From the IMG/VR virus record IMGVR_UViG_3300007513_000007, positions 1 to 64,000 of that record: a DNA stretch of 64,000 bases, one strand, 5' to 3'. The stretch comes from a virus. Below, piece after piece: positions 56,870 through 64,000 of this stretch. The notes beneath the pieces were generated by a model. The model made no database searches and was not told where the DNA came from. It was given only the letters and a program-made list of their open reading frames with translations. Made by a program: the position numbers and the translations under genes. Numbering within the stretch: the first letter of the stretch is position 1; every line of letters starts with the position of its first letter.

Positions 56870-57724
56870 TCACTGTGAGGCGACCCAGTCCCGGACGCTC
56901 TGGTGGTTGATGGCCAGACGGCACATGCTCACCTCGGTGGAGCTTGCGATACGCTCCTCCCACGTCGTGTGTACCCTCTGCTTCCAGTCGGCTGCGTTGG
57001 TGCTTCGGATAGGCCCCAAGTTCCAGAACCCCACCCCATCCAGCCCCGTGCCGCTGGTGTTAGATTCCAGGGTCAGGATCTTCCCCGTCTCCTCGTCGTA
57101 GTCGAGGACCATCCAGGAGTGCCCGCTCGGCCAGCCTCGGATCGTCTGAAGCAGATAAACGCCGTCCTTGGGAACAGCGCCCTTGGGCATCATCTCACCG
57201 ACACCCCATTCAGCGCACACACCGGGGCCGTACCCTTGGTAGGCGTAGCCTTCTGGCTTGGTGAGCGCCCACCGCGCCCATTGGTCTCCCGAGAAGGGGC
57301 CGCCAAAACCATTCCCCAGCAGATAGCCGGTGAACATGACGCAGTTGGTGGTGTCGTCCCCTACATACTTGCTGTTGAGGCGTAGGCCCGGAGGGAGGGT
57401 GGGCATCTGGCCCCCTGATAGGGAGTAGGTCGCCGCCATCGCAGGTCCCAGGAGAGGGACGAAGGAACCCCACAGTTTTTCGTTGCTCTTGGGCAAGTCT
57501 TGGGTGTCTTCCTCTTTGTCCCATAGCTGAAGAGTGGTCCAGGTGTTCGGACCCACGATCCCGTCTACGTCCAGACCGTTCGCGGTCTGGAAGGCTTTGA
57601 CCTCCTTTTCGGTCAAAGCCCCAAAGATGCCGTCAGCATCGCACGGGTAACCCCGCTGGGTGAGGAGTCCTTGGCAAAGGGAAACGTCGTCCCCTCTCGA
57701 TCCCTTCTTGATGGTAGCTGGCAT
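56870..57724 (-). CDS. endolysin: peptidoglycan-binding domain plus CHAP/NlpC-P60-like amidase
   Basis: KKGSRGDDV..Q..L..DGIFG.LT..VKAFQ..NGL.VDGIVGPNTW; catalytic-like TTNCV (Cys), GHSW (His), TLESN. Confidence 0.8.
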   Translation of the reverse strand: MPATIKKGSRGDDVSLCQGLLTQRGYPCDADGIFGALTEKEVKAFQTANGLDVDGIVGPNTWTTLQLWDKEEDTQDLPKSNEKLWGSFVPLLGPAMAATYSLSGGQMPTLPPGLRLNSKYVGDDTTNCVMFTGYLLGNGFGGPFSGDQWARWALTKPEGYAYQGYGPGVCAEWGVGEMMPKGAVPKDGVYLLQTIRGWPSGHSWMVLDYDEETGKILTLESNTSGTGLDGVGFWNLGPIRSTNAADWKQRVHTTWEERIASSTEVSMCRLAINHQSVRDWVASQ

Positions 57725-57762
57725 CTGCGTGTCCTTTGTTGTCTACGCTTCACCAGTACCGG

Positions 57763-58149
57763 TCAGTTCAGGTAGCCCGGAGGATTTTTACCCGCCAAGG
57801 TTCCCCGGTACTTCCACCAGCTAAACCAGGAGCGGTTGTCCAGGTAGCCTTCCTCGTGTTCGTGCATGTACGCCTCAACCTCGAAGGGGATGAGCTTGTA
57901 CGCCTTGGCCCCACCCTTGTGTCGAATCACCAGGATGAGCCAGAACAAAGGGTAGAGGACGAGAAACCCAACCAACAGAAGCTCCATCCACTGCTTGAAG
58001 TGGATGGTCTCGTGGCGTTTCCCGCGCTCTGAAAGCACCTCTCGGCAGAACACGAAGAAGCCAAGACTGATGGCGTATATGTTGATCGGAGACAGGCGAC
58101 TCAAGAAGACTGGCAATCTGCTGTTGTCTACAAAGACAGGCAGCTTCAT
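57763..58149 (-). CDS. small membrane protein with an HExxH motif
   Basis: KRHETIHFKQW, one hydrophobic segment, IPFEVEAY; start trimmed to MKLPV. Confidence 0.7.
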   Translation of the reverse strand: MKLPVFVDNSRLPVFLSRLSPINIYAISLGFFVFCREVLSERGKRHETIHFKQWMELLLVGFLVLYPLFWLILVIRHKGGAKAYKLIPFEVEAYMHEHEEGYLDNRSWFSWWKYRGTLAGKNPPGYLN

Positions 58150-59168
58150 CCCTTTCTCTTGAAGCAAGACCTGACCCAACTCCAAAGGTACTTCAGGAGT
58201 TCCACGAAGGTAACGTCCTCTACGTCCATGTACTCCTGAACACTGGTTTCGGTGGAGAGCCATGAGGTCGGGACATACTGCCACTCGTACATCATCGCTT
58301 GCTTGATTCCGTACTTGGCTTCCACGGCGTCGAGGAACTTGAGGAAATCCTCCCTCGACCAAGTGCCGAAGGCGTCCATGATTCCACAAGCGTTGTGGGA
58401 CGTGTAAGGCGCTGCCACACACGCGGGCTTTGACAGAGATTCCAGGCTGAACATGGGCCACACGTTGTCTTGGGAGAGCCAGTCCTTGTGGTTCTCGATG
58501 TAGTCGCCCATCGGTCCTGCCAGGAGGCCAGCCGGATCACCGTTGTTCTTGCAGTAGGGGGTGTTGGGGCACCTGCACTTCGGCCCTTCGTCACCCTTGC
58601 AGCCACAAGCTGCCATCTCACCGACCCAGTAGATTTCCGGGTAGGAGTGGTTCCCCTGGTCGTTGGGGGGCGGCCCTTTGGGGGCGTACCCGTAGTCGAG
58701 AGGCACCTTGGGCCAATACTGTGCCCACAGCTTCTCGATCCAGGCTTCCCCTTCCTTGCCGTAGTAGACGTTCACGTTCTCGTAGTCGAAGGCAAGGCAA
58801 GTGACCTTTTGCCCAGTGCTGGACTTGTTCATCTCGTCCACGATCTTGAACGCCATGTCCATCGTGTCACCCGGCTCAAAGGTCTTGGCGGCTCCGGGCC
58901 ACGGATACTGGGCTTCAGTGTCCAGAACCAGACCTGCCTGACAGGTGGAGGGTAGCGCCTCCAGCCAATACTTCTGGAGCCAGCCCTCTTTGACGTAGGT
59001 GCCAGCGGGGATCTCCGGGTCCATCATGATGAAGAACGCCCGCTCGATGTTGTTGTCCTTGATGAACTGGATGTACTGCCCTGCGTAGTCTTTGAAGGTT
59101 TCCTCGTCTGTCGCAGGCTTGCCGACGATAGCTTCGTGCCAAATACCAAGTTTCATTTGCCCATCCAT
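58146..59168 (-). CDS. hypothetical protein, possibly an alpha/beta-barrel enzyme
   Basis: About 340 aa, aromatic and acidic, with a Cys cluster; motif LAFDYEN; function not assigned. Confidence 0.6.
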   Translation of the reverse strand: MDGQMKLGIWHEAIVGKPATDEETFKDYAGQYIQFIKDNNIERAFFIMMDPEIPAGTYVKEGWLQKYWLEALPSTCQAGLVLDTEAQYPWPGAAKTFEPGDTMDMAFKIVDEMNKSSTGQKVTCLAFDYENVNVYYGKEGEAWIEKLWAQYWPKVPLDYGYAPKGPPPNDQGNHSYPEIYWVGEMAACGCKGDEGPKCRCPNTPYCKNNGDPAGLLAGPMGDYIENHKDWLSQDNVWPMFSLESLSKPACVAAPYTSHNACGIMDAFGTWSREDFLKFLDAVEAKYGIKQAMMYEWQYVPTSWLSTETSVQEYMDVEDVTFVELLKYLWSWVRSCFKRKG

Positions 59169-59319
59169 CCATTGAGCACGTCTTGCATGTAGTCGTGCAT
59201 ATGGTTTGTCCAATCCATCAGGTTGCTGATGTTGGACTGGGCCTGTTGGACTTGACTCGGGGTGGGTCCATTGTCGGACATGGGGAACCTCCATTCCCCT
59301 GCCTGTGCGTATCGGCTTT

Positions 59320-59679
59320 CTACCGCTTCGGAGCCTTCATTAGATAAGTGCGCTTGACGTAAATGGTGTGGCCCGTGAGAGGGTCCAACACGGAGGTCAT
59401 CTTCTTCGCCATCGCTCCCGTCCCGCCAGGGTGCCGCATATCACAACTCCCCTCCACTACCTTGTAGACGACCCCTCGGTGAAGGGGGAACCTTTTGGTA
59501 AGCGGGGGTTGCGGATCGCCTGCCCTGATAGACCACGCGCCATTCTTCTTGTTGTGTTGCCTCTTCCAGCGTTCCCATTCATCCGCGTCTATTGGTCGAA
59601 ACCCTTGCAGTGAAAGCTCCTTTTCACCCATCACGTCTGGATTCAGTTGAACCCAGTCACCCTTACACAGCTTTGTCAT
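59320..59679 (-). CDS. hypothetical protein
   Basis: 119-aa ORF. Confidence 0.6.
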   Translation of the reverse strand: MTKLCKGDWVQLNPDVMGEKELSLQGFRPIDADEWERWKRQHNKKNGAWSIRAGDPQPPLTKRFPLHRGVVYKVVEGSCDMRHPGGTGAMAKKMTSVLDPLTGHTIYVKRTYLMKAPKR

Positions 59680-59725
59680 ACCTTACCTGTACCCGGATTT
59701 ACGGAGAAACTACCCCTGCGATCTC

Positions 59726-59760
59726 GGGGGGTTCCGGGGCGATGCCTTGTCCGTAGAGAG
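59726..59760 (+). promoter_or_regulatory. class-A phage promoter
   Basis: GGGGGGTTCC-16 nt-CGTAGAGAG. Confidence 0.75.
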
Positions 59761-59778
59761 TTCAAAGGAGGACGAATC

Positions 59779-60207
59779 ATGTCGTTCAAGATTGGAGATA
59801 AGGTACTTTTTGGCCGTAAGCACGGTCAGCAGAGCCTTGGCGAAGTGGTCAAGGTCAACCGCAAGAGCCTGAAGGTGAAGCTCTTGGAACCACGCGGTGT
59901 CTATAAGGCTCACGCGGTGGGAGGCATCTGGCGGTGTGCTCCTTCCCTTTGCACTCTTGTGGCTGACCACAGTCAGTCCCAGTTCCCGGTGATCGAGAAG
60001 CGGTCGGAAGAGGAACTGATGCGTAGCATCGACATTCTCTACTCCCGTATGTCCCCGGAGAACATTTCCTGGGACGGTGAGCGGTCCCGCACCGAGGTCA
60101 AGCGGGCTTACAGCCGACTCAAGGCTCAACTGCGGGTCTGCTTCAAGGAGCTTGGCCGAGAGGTTAGCGAGCACGAAGCGTACACTTACTGCAAGAACAT
60201 GAGGTAG
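59779..60207 (+). CDS. SH3-like domain protein
   Basis: FKIGDKVLF..GEVVKVNRKSLKV; C-terminal SPENISWDGERS; AAAGGAGG RBS. Confidence 0.7.
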   Translation: MSFKIGDKVLFGRKHGQQSLGEVVKVNRKSLKVKLLEPRGVYKAHAVGGIWRCAPSLCTLVADHSQSQFPVIEKRSEEELMRSIDILYSRMSPENISWDGERSRTEVKRAYSRLKAQLRVCFKELGREVSEHEAYTYCKNMR

Positions 60208-60218
60208 CAAAAGCTGTC

Positions 60219-60632
60219 ATGATTATCGAAAGGCTCTACCAGGGGAAGGGTATCCCTGAAGGGACTCGCCCCGACCGCATTAGGCAGGTCCAGAAAGTGC
60301 TGGAAACCCGACTGAAGAACAAGATGCACCAACAGTACAACTGGTTCGCTGTCGCTACCAAGGCAGTGGAGGCTGGGCACTGGGGTGGCGTGCGCCGCAT
60401 CAGGGCCAGACGCAAGTTGGCTGACATGATTGACGAGTGCCGGGTCTTCTTGGGGAAGAGGCCGGTCGAACGCCCAAAGGGGTGGGAGAACTACGGGCTT
60501 CGCTTCGGCTATGGTGCGTGTAGCCGTCAGGACGTGATGGAAAGGTTCGGAACCATCGAGGCTCTGGTCAGCTTCATGCTCTACTTCAGGACCGAACTCG
60601 GCATGGAGATACCGACCTCTTACCGGATTTAG
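60219..60632 (+). CDS. hypothetical protein
   Basis: 137 aa, co-transcribed with the upstream gene. Confidence 0.65.
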   Translation: MIIERLYQGKGIPEGTRPDRIRQVQKVLETRLKNKMHQQYNWFAVATKAVEAGHWGGVRRIRARRKLADMIDECRVFLGKRPVERPKGWENYGLRFGYGACSRQDVMERFGTIEALVSFMLYFRTELGMEIPTSYRI

Positions 60633-60964
60633 CCCTCTACCGCGCCGGTCAAGGCGGGCATGTCGAGTTCAGTGACGTAGGGTGTGCCTTCGCCAACGTA
60701 GGACCCTTCTGTGTTGTGGGACACCCACTCTTCGGCTTCAGTCCACCGCATACGTTCGACATCCATCAGCGCCTTTACCAAGAGGCATCGTCGGTACACA
60801 AGCACACGCTCACCGTTCGCCTCGATGCTGCCGATGATGGCGCGGTCGTAGGTGTCTCGTGGTTCGAGAACCAGAGCCTTTCCCAGATCCGGTGCGTCCA
60901 CACCGTTGTGCTGCTTGAAGGACTTTGCGTTCAGGGAGCGGCCCCAGTGGTCATCCAATGGCAT
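60629..60964 (-). CDS. hypothetical protein
   Basis: YDRAIIG..VLVY..AEEWVSHNTEGSYVGEGTP pattern; start trimmed. Confidence 0.65.
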   Translation of the reverse strand: MPLDDHWGRSLNAKSFKQHNGVDAPDLGKALVLEPRDTYDRAIIGSIEANGERVLVYRRCLLVKALMDVERMRWTEAEEWVSHNTEGSYVGEGTPYVTELDMPALTGAVEG

Positions 60965-61038
60965 GAGATCCTCGCTTGATGGGTTTTCGCTTCGCGTCTT
61001 CCCGTACCTTGGGGCCAGGATAGCCACACTATCGCGCC

Positions 61039-61377
61039 TCACGCCTGCGGGAACCCCGCCATGTACTCCTTGGCGGCTTCCTCCAACGCCACCTTGAGGG
61101 ATCTTTGCTTCTCCAAGGGCAACGGGATGGACTCGCCGTCCGGTCGAGGGTGAAAGACCAGCGCCGCCCCAACGATTTGTTGGCCGCACAGGCAAGACGC
61201 CAGAAGGTTGAAGGGGAGGTCCTTGGAAAGCCCGTCTTCGTCAACGTAGACCAACACTCCTGGGATAACAGTGGTGACTGCCTCCAGGTAGCCTCCGTTG
61301 AGAGCTTGTCTGGCTACGTCGTGGCTGATCGGATCGGTGTTCAGCGTCTCTACTGTTCCGTCAGGCTTGAGAATCAT
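61039..61377 (-). CDS. DUF3846-like protein
   Basis: QALNGGYLEAV..VYVDEDGLSKDLPFNLLAS..IVGAALV; AGGAGG RBS. Confidence 0.75.
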   Translation of the reverse strand: MILKPDGTVETLNTDPISHDVARQALNGGYLEAVTTVIPGVLVYVDEDGLSKDLPFNLLASCLCGQQIVGAALVFHPRPDGESIPLPLEKQRSLKVALEEAAKEYMAGFPQA

Positions 61378-61645
61378 TGAGGTGCCTCCTAATCGCACCT
61401 CTGCTTCTACGTTGGAGGGGGTGGTAACAGCCCCCCTGAAACTTTTTTGAAGGTAGCTGTCAGAAAGAGTGATGTCGGACGTCCCCCCACTGTTTCTTTC
61501 GACCGTAGGAGTTGTTGCTGAATCATCTAAAAGATGAAGACATAGTAATATCAACTACTTACGTCGATCCTTTGATTCGATGGCCGGGAATCGCGGATGT
61601 TGAATCACGGGTTTTAGAGGCTCAAATCAGAGCCAACCGGTGGAC

Positions 61646-62644
61646 TCAGTCCTGGTATTGAGGCTTCAATCCGAGGTGAGTTCCCAAGGTTTTGAACATT
61701 TCGTTGTGCGGTTCCCCGCCGTTTGAAGCAACGACGATATGGATGCACTCATGCAAGACCACTTGCTTTAGGTACTCCATGCTCTTCCCCGCCGCAGGGG
61801 AGATGGAAACCACAGTGTATGGCCGACGGTCGCTTGGCTGTTCTGTAAGGCCAACGGCTCCGGGTGGCAGCCGGATCTTGGAAAAGCCTACCGAGATGCT
61901 CTGGGGGCCTCCCACTAAAGCAAGGTTGCCTGGGAAGAGTTCCTCCCTCGCGGCAAGAGCCTTGTTCAAAGTCATGATGAACAAGGGCCTCAATACTTCC
62001 GCAGAAGCGGTTGCCCGCATCAGCAACCCTTCCAGTGCTTCAGCCCAAGGATAGCCTTGGACTACCATCTCATTCCCGATGTAGTAGGCCCAGTCGAATA
62101 CCCGTGCCCAGTGATCTGGTATCCGGGGTGCCTCGAACACTGCGCCTTCCGTGGGGTACACCACTGTTCCCAACGACCAGATGTTCGAGGGTTGGAATAC
62201 CGTTCGGCAATCAACGCTGGTGTACTGGCCCATTCCTCGAACATCCGGGACCTTGAATCTCCAGCCCTCGGGCAAAGGTTCGAGAGCAGCTTGTGGGGTT
62301 GACGACGCCAGTGCAAAGCAGAGAGCTTCCACTCCTTCCAGGGAGGGTCCCCAGTAGTCTCGCTGCTGTCCCCAGTGGGAGAGGGCTTCTTTGACGGCCT
62401 GTGATGTAGGTGTGGGGGGTTGGATGTCTTCGAGGATCTGGCGGCGAACATAGAAATCCTTCTTGGACCCCCGAAACGAACGCTCACCCAGTTCCACCTC
62501 GTAGCCGACTACCACACCCAGCCGAATCACCACACCCTGAATGGTTCCGGTCTTGCCTCGCTCTGGCAGCAGGTCGCCCCCAGCCGCCTGGGATACTTCG
62601 GCCCGCTTCCCCACAAGATGGTGCTTCCGCTGGATGTCTTCCAT
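61646..62644 (-). CDS. SprT-like zinc metalloprotease domain protein
   Basis: C-terminal VVLHECIHI...EPHNEMFK. Confidence 0.7.
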   Translation of the reverse strand: MEDIQRKHHLVGKRAEVSQAAGGDLLPERGKTGTIQGVVIRLGVVVGYEVELGERSFRGSKKDFYVRRQILEDIQPPTPTSQAVKEALSHWGQQRDYWGPSLEGVEALCFALASSTPQAALEPLPEGWRFKVPDVRGMGQYTSVDCRTVFQPSNIWSLGTVVYPTEGAVFEAPRIPDHWARVFDWAYYIGNEMVVQGYPWAEALEGLLMRATASAEVLRPLFIMTLNKALAAREELFPGNLALVGGPQSISVGFSKIRLPPGAVGLTEQPSDRRPYTVVSISPAAGKSMEYLKQVVLHECIHIVVASNGGEPHNEMFKTLGTHLGLKPQYQD

Positions 62645-62699
62645 GCCTGCTTCGAGGGGCAAGTCTCGATCCCCAATCGGGGCGCTATGGGATGTTCGC

Positions 62700-63032
62700 T
62701 CACGCACCCTTCACCCCAATCAGCTTGAGCTTCGTGTCTACCAGGGCATCTGAAAAGGCTGTCTCGAACACTTCGAGGACCTCGTCCGTCCCTGACCCCG
62801 ATACCATCCGCACAGTGTTGAAGTCCTCAATCTCGAAGTCTCCGTCCTCGAAGACTTGGATGCGAGCCTTGAACTTGACGGGCTTCACCTTGCTTGTCGG
62901 CTTTTGGCGCATGTCGATCTTCCCTTTGGCGAAGATCAATGGCTCGTCTTCGGCTTGGGATACCCGAGGGCGCACGTCCATCATGCGGATCACCGTTCGG
63001 ACAATCACGCTTTGCTGATAGATGGGGATCAT
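62700..63032 (-). CDS. hypothetical protein
   Basis: 110-aa ORF. Confidence 0.55.
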   Translation of the reverse strand: MIPIYQQSVIVRTVIRMMDVRPRVSQAEDEPLIFAKGKIDMRQKPTSKVKPVKFKARIQVFEDGDFEIEDFNTVRMVSGSGTDEVLEVFETAFSDALVDTKLKLIGVKGA

Positions 63033-63096
63033 GGCTCTGCTCGACTGTTCAAGGAGGTTACCTCCGTCGAGCGGTTGGGATAGCCTTGCTACCGCA

Positions 63097-63621
63097 TCAG
63101 GCGTTCAACCAAAACGGAGGGTCACACCGGGTCCAGGTAGGAACCTTGCCCCGCTTTCCCCAGTTGGCGTACTTCTCCTGAAGCACCTTACGGTACGCCT
63201 TGTGCGTGTCATCGCCCTCAAACCCCTTGGCTGCTTCGCAGCGAGGCCATTCGGAAGGGGTCTGGAGATCGGCTCGGGTCTGAATCACCATCAGGCGACC
63301 CATCTGGCCGCAAGCCAGGATTTCGGACGTGGCCTTGTGAACAGTGCCGAAGCGGAACTCATGCTCTTCTACCAAGGCCATCCCGTAGTAAACAAGCCAG
63401 AAGAAGTTGTCCCAGGACTCGCCCGCCCATTGGGCGAAACGGCCACCTGGGTTGTAGGGCTTTCCAAACAAAGGTCCTTCTGCCAACCCTTTGGTGTGCA
63501 GTGCAGTCGTGAGGATGCGGGCCGTCTCGCCCAGTTGAGAGCGGACGTGTTGGTCTGACAGGTGGGTAGCTGCCACCATCGGGTCAGTATCGGTCGCAAA
63601 GACGTTCATCTGTGCCTCCAT
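63097..63621 (-). CDS. pyrimidine-dimer DNA glycosylase (T4 endonuclease V-like family)
   Basis: MNVFATDTDPMVAATHLSDQHVRSQLGETARILTTA..WAGES..YYGMAL..EFRFG..H...PPFW. Confidence 0.75.
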   Translation of the reverse strand: MEAQMNVFATDTDPMVAATHLSDQHVRSQLGETARILTTALHTKGLAEGPLFGKPYNPGGRFAQWAGESWDNFFWLVYYGMALVEEHEFRFGTVHKATSEILACGQMGRLMVIQTRADLQTPSEWPRCEAAKGFEGDDTHKAYRKVLQEKYANWGKRGKVPTWTRCDPPFWLNA

Positions 63622-63648
63622 ACGAGAAACTACGCATAAGCAAAGGAT

Positions 63649-64000
63649 TCAAGACCCCCCATTATCCCCAGAGTTATCCACAGGGGGCTTGGTGCCAACC
63701 AAAACAGGCTCCCATGAGGGCTTGAGTGCCGTACCCCAACCTTCCCACAGTTGTGCTGCTTCGGATGCGGGTAGCGTCACGGGCATCTCGCTCGGCCCAT
63801 CACTGCTGAACGCCACACCGGGAACGACTTTCTTGAAACCGATGACCTCGCGCTCGGCTTCGGCAAAGAACCCGTCGAGTTCTGCCTCCCTGTCGGTGCC
63901 TTCAACCCCCAACACCTGCTTCATCACCTGCCACTTGGCCTGTGACGGAAGCACGTTGAACCACGGATCGGGCTGCTTTCCCGGCTCCGGGTACGACAGG
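63649..64000 (-). CDS. DNA methyltransferase (N6/N4 type), C-terminal part; truncated by the window end
   Basis: AQLWEGWGTALKPSWEPVL motif typical of phage methylases; the frame is open to the window edge. Confidence 0.6.
   Translation of the reverse strand, partial: LSYPEPGKQPDPWFNVLPSQAKWQVMKQVLGVEGTDREAELDGFFAEAEREVIGFKKVVPGVAFSSDGPSEMPVTLPASEAAQLWEGWGTALKPSWEPVLVGTKPPVDNSGDNGGS

Noticed and set aside
1-64000. tRNA, tmRNA or rRNA genes
   Set aside because: No cloverleaf with a T-loop plus acceptor stem was found by eye; GGTTCGA near 11105 lacks the surrounding arms

Overview
A 64-kb, GC-rich segment of a large tailed dsDNA phage. It contains replication and nucleotide genes (probable SSB, RecD2-like helicase, class II ribonucleotide reductase, clamp-loader delta/delta-prime-like pair), a head and packaging module (terminase large subunit, portal, probable head decoration protein), a PG-binding/CHAP-like endolysin and many small accessory genes. 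No capsid protein gene, tRNA or CRISPR array was recognised. Four features stand out. (1) At least 18 copies of a non-sigma70 promoter, GGGGGTTCC-N16-CGTA(G/T/A)nGAG, precede non-structural genes; a second motif, CTAT(C/T/A), precedes structural genes. (2) About 13 otherwise unrelated proteins share short helical tags (LIRLAST...RRAILSGL, IKLA..PELR..LLP.L, S..RVA..F/Y), often followed by K-x-A. They look like a modular head-packaged cargo system carrying WGR, winged-helix, zincin and C39 payloads. (3) One tagged polyprotein starts with a sigma-factor-like domain and lies divergent from a second sigma-like gene, suggesting (inference) a virion-delivered sigma for the early promoters. (4) Two promoter-driven, highly base-paired non-coding regions of about 680 and 770 nt look like large ornate RNAs (ROOL-like and GOLLD-like candidates). 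All family assignments come from motif recognition by eye; no searches were run.
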